Of a stretch of 64,000 nt of DNA, positions 25,272 to 36,671 are shown in pieces. This DNA is from Chlamydiia bacterium. GTDB lineage: Bacteria; Chlamydiota; Chlamydiia; Chlamydiales; GCA-2402025. The translations under genes and the position numbers were made by a program. The notes beneath the pieces were generated by a model that was given only the letters and a program-made list of their open reading frames with translations, had not been told where the DNA came from and searched no databases. The stretch's first letter is position 1. The number at the start of each line of letters is the position of its first letter. Where the stretch lies: contig JAUICV010000002.1 of the NCBI GenBank assembly GCA_030427725.1, positions 545,226 through 609,225 on the forward strand, in the 5' to 3' direction.

Positions 25272-26606
25272 TTATGTAGATTGTGTCGAAGGCGCTTGAA
25301 CTTTAGAGACAATAAAATCTTCTGCAGTTGAAAGCATTAATTTAGACATAATCATAGCTCGTTGATCTTCGCTTTTGTTCGGGTTAAGAAGGTCTCTGTC
25401 TACGAACATAGCATCAAGAGGAGTCTTGACATCTTTAGTTATCTCTTCTGGAGAAAATGTCAGCTTGTTGTCCATTACGATTTTTCTGCAAAGGTAGAAA
25501 AGTCTCACAGCTTTTTCAGCGTGCTCGGCAATATCTTTCTTTTTCTCAGTTTGCTCTTCTTCGGAAAGCTTGTTGAAGTTAGCTTTTTCTTGAGGAGATG
25601 ACATAAGCTGTTGCATTCTGAAGCTCACTTCTTTATCTAAAAGGCTCTTTGGTAGGTCAAATTGACATTCAGATAGAAGCTGCTCTGCTACTTGTTCTCT
25701 AAGATCTTTTTGATGTTCTTCTTTAGCTTGTTTTTCAATAAGATGGTTAAGCCTTTCTTTCATGATATCAGCAGAATCAACACCAACTTTTTTAGCTAAA
25801 TCATCATCAACAGGAGGAAGGACTGGCTCTTCTATTGTTTTTAGAGTTACTTTAACTTTTTTAGGCTCGAAATTTTTCTTGTCCTCTTCACTTGCGTCAT
25901 CATCAACAGTGCTTAAGCCTTCTTTTGATTCACCAGCTTTCATTCCGATGACAAGATCCCTCATCCACTTGGCCATAGTCTTTTCAGAGATTTCTAGTCT
26001 AGTGTTGGTAAATACTCTATTTTCTTTCCCGTCTTCTTCTAAAATGTCTACATCTACTATAGAGTAGTCTCCGAGTTTTGCTTCTCTATCTTTGACTTCT
26101 TGCCATGATGCGAAAAAGAGTCTAATGCGACCCAGAACTTCATCAAATTTTCCATCTTCAATTTCGTGAGTAGAGTCTTTTAAAGAAAATTTACTAAAAT
26201 CTAGTTCTGGAACTAAAGGCTCACATTCGAAAGTGAAGATAAGCTCAGCTGATTCTTTCGAAAAAGATTTTGGTTCAAATGAAACTTTTGAATCTGTGTT
26301 CAAAGGGCGGATGTTTGATAGCTTTGAGGCCTCTTGAAATGACTCGTTAGCCACTGCTTGATGCCATTTTTCTTCTACGGCACCTGGAAAGCTTTTTAAG
26401 ATAAGGTCTTTAGGAGCCTTGCCTTTTCTAAATCCTGGTATAGAAGCTTCTTTAGATACTGTTTTAATCGCAGTTTCGTGGCTTTTTTCCAATAAGGCAG
26501 GTTTTACAACAACTTGAAATTCAATTTGGCAATGAGGTTTTTTTTCTACAGAAAGTTCTAGGAGTTCATTTTGAAATTGCTCTTTTGAAGCTTCTTGGTT
26601 TTCCAT
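25272..26606 (-). CDS. tig: Trigger factor
   Basis: 444 aa. IPGFRKGKAP motif. tig-clpP-clpX order as in many bacteria and in CT705-707. Confidence 0.9.
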   Translation of the reverse strand: MENQEASKEQFQNELLELSVEKKPHCQIEFQVVVKPALLEKSHETAIKTVSKEASIPGFRKGKAPKDLILKSFPGAVEEKWHQAVANESFQEASKLSNIRPLNTDSKVSFEPKSFSKESAELIFTFECEPLVPELDFSKFSLKDSTHEIEDGKFDEVLGRIRLFFASWQEVKDREAKLGDYSIVDVDILEEDGKENRVFTNTRLEISEKTMAKWMRDLVIGMKAGESKEGLSTVDDDASEEDKKNFEPKKVKVTLKTIEEPVLPPVDDDLAKKVGVDSADIMKERLNHLIEKQAKEEHQKDLREQVAEQLLSECQFDLPKSLLDKEVSFRMQQLMSSPQEKANFNKLSEEEQTEKKKDIAEHAEKAVRLFYLCRKIVMDNKLTFSPEEITKDVKTPLDAMFVDRDLLNPNKSEDQRAMIMSKLMLSTAEDFIVSKVQAPSTQST

Positions 26607-26660
26607 TGTAAAAGTCCTTGGATTTGATGATAAGGTAGTTCATCTTATAAAAGTCAGAAA

Positions 26661-26732
26661 AGCGGGCAATGGGGTTCGAACCCACGACCTTCTCCTTGGC
26701 AAGGAGACGCTCTACCACTGAGCTATGCCCGC
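26661..26732 (-). tRNA. tRNA-Gly (anticodon GCC)
   Basis: The reverse complement GCGGGCATAGCTCAGTGGTAGAGCGTCTCCTTGCCAAGGAGAAGGTCGTGGGTTCGAACCCCATTGCCCGCT folds as a cloverleaf. The anticodon loop TTGCCAA gives GCC. No encoded CCA. Confidence 0.92.
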
Positions 26733-26958
26733 GCTTGAATATGGTAAGAATTCTAAAGTTTGTCTGAAATATTTTCAAGTGAAAGCTTTAAACAAATATC
26801 CGAGGGGGCTTTTTTGGGACCTATAATAGATAGACTCAGAGATGATTAAGAAACCCTTTTTAAATCTTTTATAAATATTTTAATAGAGCTCAGTTAAATA
26901 AATAGAAGTTTTGTGGAAGATTTTTTAAGTAGGTCGTAATTTTTTTATTGCAGCTCAT

Positions 26959-29900
26959 ATGATAAAAAAGGTACAAGCTAATCCTTTAGTGATAAGTAGG
27001 CAAAAGATACCTTTAGAAGCTATGTTAAACGTTAGAAAACTAAGGCAAGATTTTTCTTCTAATATATTAAAAGAAGGGAAGGATTTATACGAAGCCAACA
27101 AGGTTGTTTCTGCAAAAATCATTCATTTAGATCCTGAGACGATTAGGGTAAATGGAAAGGTTGTTGGTCAATTCGATAATACTTACGAGGTCGAAATTGA
27201 AATAGATAGAGTTGAGTGTGAGACAACAGACTCCAATTGCGATTGTCCCTATCATTACGACTGTCAACATCTAGCAGCTCTTTTATATCACTTAGAGGAG
27301 AGTTTAGATGAGATTTTGGTCAATTACTCGAAAGAAAACGATCTTGAGCAGATGGCAGATGAAGATCTTTCAGAAGAACAAGAAGAAATTTTAGAAGCTG
27401 TGAAGGAAGCAGCCTCTAAAGAAGAACAAAGAAAAGAAGAGCAGTATCAGAGGCAGTTATTACATGAATATGTCAATGCGTCTAGAACGTTAGCTAAATC
27501 TCCATTTTTTCTTCCTGTTCAGACCTATCAGGTTGATAGAGCAGAACCTGTTGTTCTATTTTCAAGAAATGAGTCTAGGGCAAATATTGAAATGCAAATA
27601 GCATTAAGGCTTCCTTCTAGATCAAAGCCTTTGCATATTCCTAATTTGAAGGCTTTAATCGATGCAATGAGGCATGAAGAGCCATTTGTGATAGGAGGAA
27701 AACGTTACTTTTTCTCATTAAACTCTTTCGAGGGTTTTCATAAAGACCTAATGAAAATGGTTCTAGATGCCGTAAGATTTTTTGAGAAGCCTCAAAATGA
27801 AAGGGCTCAGAAACTGGGATGCATTGAAGAAAAAACGTTCGGTATTATCTTATCCAGAGCATATGAATATGCCTTAAAAAAATGGGTTGATCAAGGTAGC
27901 CAACTCCAAGGTGGAGAGCTTCCTACGCTTCCTTGCTTGTACTTTGAAAACTTTGAGTCTCCAGTCAAATTTTCTCCAAAACAGTCTAAATTTATCATTG
28001 AGCTAGAGTATATAAAGCCACCAACATCTAAAATTTTGCTAAACCCGAAGGTTTTAGTAGATAAGGTAGCTTTAACGTTAGAAGATGTGTGGTTCTTCCA
28101 TTGCGCGAAGCCGGGCATGATTTGTGATAATACTTATTTCACATTTGCAGAAGAAGTTTCAAGGCAACATTTATTGGGACTATATCCGTTAAGAGATATG
28201 ACAGTGCCAGAACCTCTCTTTGGGACATTTGTTGAAAATGCTCTTCCGGAATTGTCGAGATATGCAGACATTCATGGTTTAGACATTGTGAATAGCTTTA
28301 TAACGCTTCCTTACACAAAAGAAGTTAAAGCTGTTTGCAATCTTTCCTTTTTAAATGGAGAGCTTGATGCGTCTCTTTCTTTCGAGTACGATGGGAAACT
28401 TATTCCAGCTATTGCAACTCAATTGAAATTTGATGATATCGATTCATTCGTATCTGATGAAGGGATTGTCGCTAGAAATCTTGTGGAAGAAAGAGGTCTT
28501 ATTGAAAGTCTTTTTCAGGATTTTATTTTCGATCAAGAGCAAGGCCTTTTTATAGCAAAGACTGAGAAAAAAATTATAGAATTCATGACAGATACTATTC
28601 CCAAGTATCAAGACAGAGTTGCGTTTAATTGTCCTCAAAATTTATTGGATCAATTTATTTATGATGAAACGACTTTTGAGGTGGCGTTAATCCATACAGA
28701 TCGTATGGATGTCTATACTATTGATCTGAAAGTCAATGGATCGCTTAGAGGTGTTCAAATGGACTCTCTTTGGGATTGCTTACTGTCAAAAAGAGCTTTT
28801 ATTGAGCTTGATCAAGGGAAGTCTAGAAAAGAAAAAACTGGAAAAATCTCTAAGATCTTAGTGTTAGATTTAGACAGATTGGGTCCTGTTATTAAGTTGT
28901 TTGATGAGCTTGGAATAGAAAATCTTTCAGATCACAGTTTGGAAAGACCTATTTGGAGTATTGCGAGCATAGATAAGTCCAACTTTAAAGGGCTGCCGGT
29001 TAAAGTTTCTATGACAAAGCGTCTTATGGAAATTAGAAAACAAATGCTAGGTGAAAAGCAAATAGCTTTTTCTAATATCCCAAATGAGGTGAATGCAACG
29101 CTGCGAAATTACCAGGTTGATGGGGTTCATTGGCTAGAGCAGTTAAGAAAAATGTTTTTAAATGGGATACTAGCGGATGACATGGGTCTTGGAAAGACGC
29201 TTCAGGCCATTGTTGCTCTGGCTCAGTTAAAGACACCATCGTCACCACCGGCTTTGATTGTGTGTCCAACATCACTTCTTTATAACTGGAAAGAAGAGTT
29301 TTCGAAGTTTAACAAAGCATTTAATGTTTTAGTGATAGATGGGATCCCATCTCAAAGAAAAAAACTTATCGCTAGTGTAAAAAAATATGATGTAGTGATC
29401 ACGTCGTATAGTCTGTTACAAAAAGACGTAGAGCATTATGGAAAAGTTGATTTCTCTTACATGATATTAGATGAAGCTCAGCACATAAAAAATAGAGGCA
29501 CAAGAAACGCAAAGTCTACGAAACAAATTAGAGCTCAACACAAAATGATTTTATCGGGTACCCCGATAGAAAATTCGTTAGAAGAGCTGTGGTCTTTATT
29601 TGATTATCTAATGCCTGGTTTCTTAAATTCTTATGATCGCTTTGTGGAAAAATACATCAGAGTTTCTGGAGATGAGCAAACTCAAAACCTTCAATATTTA
29701 AGGAAAAAAGTTTCCCCATTTATTTTAAGACGTATGAAAGTTGATGTGCTAGAAGATCTACCTCCAGTTTCTGAAATTACATATCACACCCAGCTTTCTG
29801 ATACACAACTTGAATTATATAGATCCTATGCAGAATCAGCTAGGGATGAGCTTGTTAAGCTTGTTGAAAGGGATGGTTTCGACAAAGTGCAAATCCATGT

Positions 29901-30489
29901 CCTTGCAACGCTTACGAGGTTAAAGCAAATTTGTTGCCATCCTGCAATTTTTGCAAAAGAGAGTGCTGAATCAGGTGACTCTGCAAAATATGAAATGTTA
30001 CTTGAGCTTTTACAAACTCTTGTAGAAGGTAAACACAAAACGGTCATCTTCTCACAATACACTCGAATGCTTCAAATCATGAAAGAAGACTTCGAAAAGA
30101 TGGGGATTCGCTTTGTTTACTTAGATGGATCTAGTAAAAACAGACTTGATATTGTTAATCAGTTCAATGATGACCCAACAATTTCAGTGTTCTTAGTTTC
30201 TTTAAAAGCTGGTGGAACAGGACTGAATTTAGTTGGAGCAGATACTGTGATTCACTATGATATGTGGTGGAATCCAGCTGTTGAAAATCAAGCGACAGAT
30301 AGAGTCCATAGAATGGGACAGAAAAACTCAGTGTCAGTTTACAAACTTGTAACACTTGGAACAATCGAAGAAAAAATTGTTGAAATGCAAGCTAGAAAGC
30401 AAGGGCTTGTTAAAAAAGTTGTCAGCTGTGATGACGAAGCAATTTCAAAACTTACTTGGGAAGATGTCTTAGAGCTATTACAGACGTAG
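26959..30489 (+). CDS. SNF2-family helicase with N-terminal SWIM zinc finger (CT708-like)
   Basis: 1176 aa. SWIM CDCPYHYDCQHLAALLYH. Helicase motifs LADDMGLGKT, LDEAQHIKN, SLKAGGTGLNL, and QATDRVHRMGQ. Confidence 0.92.
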   Translation: MIKKVQANPLVISRQKIPLEAMLNVRKLRQDFSSNILKEGKDLYEANKVVSAKIIHLDPETIRVNGKVVGQFDNTYEVEIEIDRVECETTDSNCDCPYHYDCQHLAALLYHLEESLDEILVNYSKENDLEQMADEDLSEEQEEILEAVKEAASKEEQRKEEQYQRQLLHEYVNASRTLAKSPFFLPVQTYQVDRAEPVVLFSRNESRANIEMQIALRLPSRSKPLHIPNLKALIDAMRHEEPFVIGGKRYFFSLNSFEGFHKDLMKMVLDAVRFFEKPQNERAQKLGCIEEKTFGIILSRAYEYALKKWVDQGSQLQGGELPTLPCLYFENFESPVKFSPKQSKFIIELEYIKPPTSKILLNPKVLVDKVALTLEDVWFFHCAKPGMICDNTYFTFAEEVSRQHLLGLYPLRDMTVPEPLFGTFVENALPELSRYADIHGLDIVNSFITLPYTKEVKAVCNLSFLNGELDASLSFEYDGKLIPAIATQLKFDDIDSFVSDEGIVARNLVEERGLIESLFQDFIFDQEQGLFIAKTEKKIIEFMTDTIPKYQDRVAFNCPQNLLDQFIYDETTFEVALIHTDRMDVYTIDLKVNGSLRGVQMDSLWDCLLSKRAFIELDQGKSRKEKTGKISKILVLDLDRLGPVIKLFDELGIENLSDHSLERPIWSIASIDKSNFKGLPVKVSMTKRLMEIRKQMLGEKQIAFSNIPNEVNATLRNYQVDGVHWLEQLRKMFLNGILADDMGLGKTLQAIVALAQLKTPSSPPALIVCPTSLLYNWKEEFSKFNKAFNVLVIDGIPSQRKKLIASVKKYDVVITSYSLLQKDVEHYGKVDFSYMILDEAQHIKNRGTRNAKSTKQIRAQHKMILSGTPIENSLEELWSLFDYLMPGFLNSYDRFVEKYIRVSGDEQTQNLQYLRKKVSPFILRRMKVDVLEDLPPVSEITYHTQLSDTQLELYRSYAESARDELVKLVERDGFDKVQIHVLATLTRLKQICCHPAIFAKESAESGDSAKYEMLLELLQTLVEGKHKTVIFSQYTRMLQIMKEDFEKMGIRFVYLDGSSKNRLDIVNQFNDDPTISVFLVSLKAGGTGLNLVGADTVIHYDMWWNPAVENQATDRVHRMGQKNSVSVYKLVTLGTIEEKIVEMQARKQGLVKKVVSCDDEAISKLTWEDVLELLQT

Positions 30490-30549
30490 TGACATCAACG
30501 TAAGACTTTCTTCTTTTGGATAAACACTTTCGCTGCTATTCTTGAGAAA

Positions 30550-31671
30550 ATGGTTAAAAATGAAAGGCATGTTCCTATGAAAGGAAATCTACAAATATCT
30601 CCAAAACTTTTGAAAAAACTTGGAGACTTAGTTGTTAATAAATGGGGTCAATTTTCCGGAATCTTTTCCTCAGATATTGGAATCGACCTTGGAACTGCCA
30701 ATACTCTAGTTTATGTAAGAGGAAAGGGTATAGTTTTAGCAGAGCCGTCTGTTGTCGCTGTCGATTCGATGACAAATGAAGTGTTAGCAGTTGGACAGAA
30801 AGCTAAGGCTATGCTTGGAAAAACTCCTCGAAAAATTCACGCCGTAAGGCCTATGAAAGATGGTGTTATTGCTGACTTTGAAATTGCAGAAGGAATGCTC
30901 AAAGCTCTGATAAAAAAAGTAACCCCATCAAGATCTTTATTTAGACCTAAAATTTTAATAGCTGTTCCATCAGGCATTACCGGTGTTGAGAAACGAGCTG
31001 TAGAAGATTCAGCTCTTAGAGCTGGAGCTCAAGAAGTTGTTTTAATTGAAGAGCCGATGGCTGCCGCAATTGGTGTAGATTTGCCTGTTCATGAACCTTC
31101 AGCGAACATGATCATAGATATTGGTGGTGGTACAACAGAGATTGCGATTATTTCCTTAGGTGGAATCGTTGAATCTAGATCATTAAGGATTGCCGGGGAT
31201 GAGTTTGATGATTGTATCATCAATTATATGAGAAGAACGTATAATCTTATGATCGGTCCAAGGACTGCTGAAGAGATTAAAATGACTATCGGATCTGCGT
31301 ATCCTTTAGGAGATCATGAACTGGAGATGGAGGTTCGTGGAAGAGACCAAGTAGCAGGACTTCCCGTCACAAAAAGAATCAACTCTGTGGAGATCAGAGA
31401 GTGTTTGGCTGAGCCAATCCAGCAAATTATAGAAACGGTGAAGCTTACCTTAGAAAAGTGTCCGCCAGAACTTGCTGCGGATCTAGTTGAAAGAGGTATG
31501 GTCTTAGCTGGAGGTGGTGCGTTGATCAAAGGATTGGATAAAGCCTTGATCAAAGAAACAGGACTTCCTGTGATCGTTGCTTCTAACCCGCTTCTTGCTG
31601 TTTGTATGGGAACAGGAAAAGCATTAGAGTTTCTCGACAAGTTCAAAAAACAAAAAGCTGTCGTTGGTTAA
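30550..31671 (+). CDS. mreB: Rod shape-determining protein MreB
   Basis: 373 aa. [23 protein letters not shown], and [12 protein letters not shown] actin-fold motifs. The start may be downstream. Confidence 0.95.
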   Translation: MVKNERHVPMKGNLQISPKLLKKLGDLVVNKWGQFSGIFSSDIGIDLGTANTLVYVRGKGIVLAEPSVVAVDSMTNEVLAVGQKAKAMLGKTPRKIHAVRPMKDGVIADFEIAEGMLKALIKKVTPSRSLFRPKILIAVPSGITGVEKRAVEDSALRAGAQEVVLIEEPMAAAIGVDLPVHEPSANMIIDIGGGTTEIAIISLGGIVESRSLRIAGDEFDDCIINYMRRTYNLMIGPRTAEEIKMTIGSAYPLGDHELEMEVRGRDQVAGLPVTKRINSVEIRECLAEPIQQIIETVKLTLEKCPPELAADLVERGMVLAGGGALIKGLDKALIKETGLPVIVASNPLLAVCMGTGKALEFLDKFKKQKAVVG

Positions 31672-31734
31672 ATAACGGCTCTTTTTTTCTTTAACATTTC
31701 AAGCTTTAGTCTTTAGTAGACGTCTAGGGGTGAT

Positions 31735-33546
31735 ATGAGTATTGATTTTTCAAATTGGTCCAACCATAAAAACTTGCAAAACTGGATTTTAGAAATGAAA
31801 AATCTTTGCAAGCCTGAAAGTGTTCATCTCTGTGATGGATCAAAACAAGAATTTGACACCTTTTGTAAAAGATTAGAAGACGAGGGAGTCTTTAAACGCT
31901 TAAACCCAGAAAAAAGGCCAGGCTCTTTTTGGTGCGTTTCAGATTCAAATGACGTGGCAAGAGTAGAAGATAGGACTTTTATTTGTTCAGAGAAAGAAGT
32001 AGATGCTGGTCCTACAAATCATTGGTGTGATCCAAAGGAAATGAAACAAACTCTTCTAAAGGTGTTCGATGGCTGCATGGAAGGAAGAGAGATGTATGTC
32101 ATTCCGTTTTGTATGGGGCCTATAGGATCAAAGCTTTCTATTATTGGTGTAGAAATCACAGATTCACTCTATGTTGCAGTTAACATGTTCATCATGACAC
32201 GAATGGGGCAAAAAGCCTTGGAGTTTCTAGGGCAAAGTGGTGAATTCGTTCCTTGTATGCACTCTGTTGGAGTTCCTTTAGAAAAAGGGGAAAAAGGCCC
32301 TAGTTGGCCTTGTCAGCCGACTGATAAAAAATACATTGTTCACTTTCCACAAGAGAAAAGTATTTGGTCTTATGGGAGTGGGTATGGGGGGAATGCTCTT
32401 CTTGGGAAAAAATGCTTAGCGCTTCGTATAGCTTCTGTTTTAGCTAAAGAAAATGGGTGGTTAGCAGAGCATATGTTAATCTTAGGTTTAACCTCTCCCG
32501 AAGGAGAAAAAAAATATATTGCAGCATCGTTCCCAAGCGCCTGTGGGAAAACGAATTTAGCAATGATCACTCCAACGCTTCCTGGGTGGAAGGTAGATTG
32601 TGTTGGGGATGATATAGCGTGGATGAAGTTTGGGAAAGACGGGAAGCTTTATGCTATCAATCCTGAAAATGGCTATTTTGGAGTAGCTCCTGGCACCTCA
32701 ATGCAGTCCAATCCAAATGCTATGAAAACAATAGCAAAAAATACCATCTTTACAAACGTTGCTTTAACAGATGATGGAGATGTTTGGTGGGAAGGGATGA
32801 CAAAAGAGACTCCAGAGCATCTTTTGTCATGGACAAATAAGTCATGGGATAAGGGATCTCAAGAAAAAGCAGCCCATCCGAATTCCCGTTTTACGACGCC
32901 AGCAAAACAGTGCCCAATAGTGAGTCAAGAGATGGACAATCCTGAAGGGGTGCCTATTTCTGCGATTATTTTTGGAGGGCGAAGAGCTAGTCTTGAGCCT
33001 TTAGTGTATGAAGCATTTGACTGGAATCACGGGACGTTTTTAGGAGCTGCTCTATCATCTGAGATGACAGCAGCAGCTAAAGGAACTATAGGAAAGCTCA
33101 GGCATGATCCCTTTGCTATGCTTCCTTTTTGTGGATATAACATGGGGGATTATTTTAAGCATTGGATCGAGATGGGACAACAATCTGATGCTTCAAATCT
33201 ACCTAAGATTTTTCATGTTAATTGGTTTATAAAAGATGAAAACGAGAAGTTTATTTGGCCAGGATTTGGAGAAAACTCTCGAATCTTGAAATGGATTTTC
33301 CAAAGGTGTGATCATAAAATAGAATCGTTGGATACACCACTTGGAAAATGTCCTAAGGTTGAAGATTTAGATCTTAACGGTCTTAATTTATCAAAAGAAA
33401 CATTAGAGAAGCTTTTTCACATAGATAAATCGGGTTGGGAAGAAGAGATTAAAGGCATCGAAGAATATTTCTCTAAATTCAAAGATCATCTTCCCAATGA
33501 AATAAAAGATCAGCTTGAAAATTTACGCAAAAGATTAAACCAATGA
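31735..33546 (+). CDS. pckA: Phosphoenolpyruvate carboxykinase (GTP)
   Basis: 603 aa. GTP-PEPCK motifs [24 protein letters not shown], and FGGRR. Confidence 0.95.
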   Translation: MSIDFSNWSNHKNLQNWILEMKNLCKPESVHLCDGSKQEFDTFCKRLEDEGVFKRLNPEKRPGSFWCVSDSNDVARVEDRTFICSEKEVDAGPTNHWCDPKEMKQTLLKVFDGCMEGREMYVIPFCMGPIGSKLSIIGVEITDSLYVAVNMFIMTRMGQKALEFLGQSGEFVPCMHSVGVPLEKGEKGPSWPCQPTDKKYIVHFPQEKSIWSYGSGYGGNALLGKKCLALRIASVLAKENGWLAEHMLILGLTSPEGEKKYIAASFPSACGKTNLAMITPTLPGWKVDCVGDDIAWMKFGKDGKLYAINPENGYFGVAPGTSMQSNPNAMKTIAKNTIFTNVALTDDGDVWWEGMTKETPEHLLSWTNKSWDKGSQEKAAHPNSRFTTPAKQCPIVSQEMDNPEGVPISAIIFGGRRASLEPLVYEAFDWNHGTFLGAALSSEMTAAAKGTIGKLRHDPFAMLPFCGYNMGDYFKHWIEMGQQSDASNLPKIFHVNWFIKDENEKFIWPGFGENSRILKWIFQRCDHKIESLDTPLGKCPKVEDLDLNGLNLSKETLEKLFHIDKSGWEEEIKGIEEYFSKFKDHLPNEIKDQLENLRKRLNQ

Positions 33547-33992
33547 GAGCGCTAATACAAAGAGTTTCAAGTGCAAAAGTTGAAGTTGATAATGAAATAA
33601 AAGGCTCAATTAATAAGGGTCTACTAGTTCTTTTTGGAGTGCATGAAGAAGATACCTCTGAGCCTATTTCGTATCTTTGTGAAAAATTGATTCATCTTAG
33701 AATATTCCCTGACGATAATAATAAAATGAATCGTTCGTTAGTAGATGTGAAAGGAGATCTTTTGATTGTTTCACAATTTACACTCTATGCTGATTGCTCA
33801 CAAGGAAGAAGACCTTCTTATATACATAGTGCCAAAGCTGAAAAGGCTTTAAAGCTTTATGAAGCGTTTTTATCCGAGTTAAAAAAAATATCACGTCAAT
33901 ATGGCACGAAAATAGAAACTGGTGTCTTTGGAGCAGATATGCGGGTCTCGCTTGTCAATGATGGTCCTGTCACAATTATTTTAGAAAAATAA
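33543..33992 (+). CDS. dtd: D-aminoacyl-tRNA deacylase
   Basis: 149 aa. MRALIQRV..., SQFTLYAD, and GPVT motifs. 4-nt ATGA overlap with pckA. Confidence 0.92.
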   Translation: MRALIQRVSSAKVEVDNEIKGSINKGLLVLFGVHEEDTSEPISYLCEKLIHLRIFPDDNNKMNRSLVDVKGDLLIVSQFTLYADCSQGRRPSYIHSAKAEKALKLYEAFLSELKKISRQYGTKIETGVFGADMRVSLVNDGPVTIILEK

Positions 33993-34061
33993 AACCCTAT
34001 CATAAGCTAAGGCACAATAGAGACTTTGGAGTGTGTAAACTGATGATAGTGTAGAAAGAAA

Positions 34062-34083
34062 GGCTCTAAAAGAGTTTAGAGCC
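34062..34083 (-). terminator. Hairpin between the convergent dtd and ndk genes
   Basis: GGCTCTAAA / TTTAGAGCC with a 4-nt loop. T-rich downstream on the minus strand. Confidence 0.55.
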
Positions 34084-34095
34084 TAAAAAAATAGC

Positions 34096-34521
34096 TTATC
34101 TAGAAGAGATTTCTTCTGGTTTGAAAAAGAAATTAATTTCTACAGAGGCTGTTTCTGGAGCATCAGATCCGTGAACAGCGTTTGCGTCAATTGATTCAGC
34201 GAAGTCTTTTCTAATTGTGCCATCAGCAGCTTCTTTAGGATTAGTTGCCCCCATGATTTCTCTGTTTAGAGAAATTGCATTATCTCCTTCTAGAACCTGA
34301 ACTAGGACAGGGCCGGATGTCATAAAGGACACAAGGTCATTGAAAAAAGGTCTTTCTTTATGAATTGCGTAAAATCCTTCAGCTTGTTCTTTAGACAGGT
34401 GAAGCATTTTGGCTGCGACAACTTTAAGACCTTTACCTTCGAATCTTGCTAGGATTTGACCGATAACATTTTTTTTCACTGCGTCTGGTTTAATAATTGA
34501 GAGAGTTTGTTCATTTGACAT
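34096..34521 (-). CDS. ndk: Nucleoside diphosphate kinase
   Basis: 141 aa. [10 protein letters not shown] and NAVHGSD active-site His context. Confidence 0.95.
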   Translation of the reverse strand: MSNEQTLSIIKPDAVKKNVIGQILARFEGKGLKVVAAKMLHLSKEQAEGFYAIHKERPFFNDLVSFMTSGPVLVQVLEGDNAISLNREIMGATNPKEAADGTIRKDFAESIDANAVHGSDAPETASVEINFFFKPEEISSR

Positions 34522-34706
34522 AGTTTTAATTTCCCAAAATTTAAGTGGTTAAACAAATTTCCAGATAAGATCGTAGCAAGATAAAGACATTTTTTCTACG
34601 AAATTTCATTTTTCGAAAAGGGAAATTTTTTTTTGAAAAGGATCTGTTTTTAAAAAGAGCTTTTAGGTGTTACACTCAAGGTGTGTATGAAGGAGTAGTT
34701 TTTTAA

Positions 34707-35837
34707 ATGCTAGAAGGGGTTAACAAAATTTTAGTGGCTAAACTAAGACATCATGGGGATGTATTACTATCAGCCCCTCTTTTTTTAGCTTTAAAAAATC
34801 ATTTTCCCAAGGCTCACATCGATGCTTATATCTATAAAGAAACCCTTCCAATGCTCGAGGGTCATAGATCTATCTCCAACTATATCCTCTACGACAGAAA
34901 GATTTCAAAAAACAGTTTTATATCAAAGATTAAACAGGAATTCAAATTATTAAGGCGTGTAAAAAAAGCTAAGTACGATCTCGTGATCAACCTCACAGAA
35001 GGTGATAGGGGAGCTTTAGCGGCTTTTGTTTCTAAAGCCAAATACCGAATAGGGTTTGATCCTGAAAAATCAGGTTTTTTTGGAAAGAAAAAAGTCTATA
35101 CCCACACAACAAGAATTTGTCACGGCTTTCGACATACTGTTGAGCGTCATTTAGATATCTTAAGGTGTTTGAAGCTTCCCATAAATGAAGAAGATAAAAC
35201 ACTAGAATTTGTTATTCCAAATAACGCTTATCAGAGTATGAAAAGTAAGTTAGAAGAGGCTCAAATTAACCTAAAGACATTTGCTCTAGTACATCCGGTA
35301 TCAAGGTGGCTATTTAAATGCTATGATGAAAGAAAAATGGCTCAGGCAATTTGCTATTTGCAGGATCAGGGGTTGGATATTGTCTTTACTGGATCAAATG
35401 ATCCTTTAGAAATAGCTATGAATCAAAGAATTAAAGAAAAGCTTTCTGATCGCACAAATGTATTAGATCTAAGTGGTAGCATTTCTTTAAAAGAGCTAGG
35501 GGCTTTAATCGATCTGTCTCAAATTTTACTTTGTGTGGATTCTGTACCATTGCATATAGCGAGCGCTTTAAAAGCTACAGTGGTAGCTCTTTTTGGTCCT
35601 TCTTCAGAAAAAACTTGGGCTCCTTGGCTCAACCCTTTTGCTATAATAGTCAAAGAAGATTCCTTCCCTTGCAGGCCATGTTTTATGCCGGGGTGTGGTG
35701 GCTCTGGCAAAAGCGATTGTTTAGTCAGTATGCCTGTAAGTAAAATTACAGATGCATTAAGCAAAGCGCTGCAATTAAAAAAAAGATCACAGAATTCATA
35801 CGCTCCTAAAGAAGAAGGGTTAATAACCCTTTCTTAG
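34707..35837 (+). CDS. Glycosyltransferase family 9 (LPS heptosyltransferase-like)
   Basis: 376 aa. N-terminal ILVAKLRHHGDVLLSAPL and C-terminal LLCVDSVPLHIASAL...LFGPS are typical of RfaC/RfaF/RfaQ-type enzymes. Confidence 0.8.
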   Translation: MLEGVNKILVAKLRHHGDVLLSAPLFLALKNHFPKAHIDAYIYKETLPMLEGHRSISNYILYDRKISKNSFISKIKQEFKLLRRVKKAKYDLVINLTEGDRGALAAFVSKAKYRIGFDPEKSGFFGKKKVYTHTTRICHGFRHTVERHLDILRCLKLPINEEDKTLEFVIPNNAYQSMKSKLEEAQINLKTFALVHPVSRWLFKCYDERKMAQAICYLQDQGLDIVFTGSNDPLEIAMNQRIKEKLSDRTNVLDLSGSISLKELGALIDLSQILLCVDSVPLHIASALKATVVALFGPSSEKTWAPWLNPFAIIVKEDSFPCRPCFMPGCGGSGKSDCLVSMPVSKITDALSKALQLKKRSQNSYAPKEEGLITLS

Positions 35838-35891
35838 AATTTATTTTGGAAATAGGTTATACTGTCTGTCCTTTAAAGAAGGAGGTAACAG

Positions 35892-36587
35892 ATGACGGTA
35901 CAAACCGCTCTTCATTTTTGTAAGCTTGATAAAGCAAATCCGGAAGAAAGAGCTCTTTATGAGCAATTATCAAATAGAGTAGAAAATTTAAGTTTATTGG
36001 GTTCATCTACAATCTTAAAGGACTTTGTAGAGAGCTTTAAGTTGGAAGCTTCTACAGATCATGAATTCGGCTTGCTCGTAACGCAAGAAGATGAAGTCTG
36101 TGAAAAATGTATGGAGCTTGCAGCAGCGTTTTTCTCAAAAAAAGCAATTCAAGAAGATTTAGTAGACATTATTGCAGGACAGGTAAGTAGGGAAAGTTTG
36201 TCGCCATTAGAACAAATCACATTGAATACGATGCTATTAACGAAGGCCTGTATTTTAATGGCAAGTGAATGTCACGATGAAATACCACAATACCTGAAAG
36301 AAATTTCATCAGACTCTATAAGATGTAAAGCTTCTATGTTATCGTGTGAAAACTTTCCAGATCATGAAGATTTTGGTTTTTTCGAGAAGCTAGCGCTAGA
36401 TTTAAAATCACATCCATCAATCCAAACTGGAGTGTATCTTTTTTTAGTAAAGCAGTCTTTAGACAGGAAGCTATTTATCGATGCTGAGAGGTATTTGGGA
36501 AAGATAGATAGTTCTTGCCAGGGTTACGAAATTTACAAAAAGATGCAAGCCAAGTGTCTTAGAAAAGATTCTGGATTAGATAACTGA
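35892..36587 (+). CDS. CxxC helical paralog family, member A
   Basis: 231 aa. RBS aaggaggtaacagATG. Motifs VCEKCMELAAAFF and GVYLFLVKQSLDRKLFIDAERYLGKIDSSCQGYEIYKKM. Confidence 0.65.
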   Translation: MTVQTALHFCKLDKANPEERALYEQLSNRVENLSLLGSSTILKDFVESFKLEASTDHEFGLLVTQEDEVCEKCMELAAAFFSKKAIQEDLVDIIAGQVSRESLSPLEQITLNTMLLTKACILMASECHDEIPQYLKEISSDSIRCKASMLSCENFPDHEDFGFFEKLALDLKSHPSIQTGVYLFLVKQSLDRKLFIDAERYLGKIDSSCQGYEIYKKMQAKCLRKDSGLDN

Positions 36588-36671
36588 TTTTTTCTTCAGA
36601 AGACATATAGCTATCTAAAAAATTTTTGGTAGTGCTAGTATCCTCTCCTTTTTAATAGGAGGAAAACATAT

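Noticed and set aside
26566-26778. 70-aa minus-strand ORF
   Set aside because: It is fully explained by the tRNA-Gly gene (26661..26732) and its flanks. The peptide GHSSVVERLLAKEKVVGSNP is a translated tRNA.
31314-31646. 110-aa minus-strand ORF
   Set aside because: It is antisense within the well-supported mreB gene.
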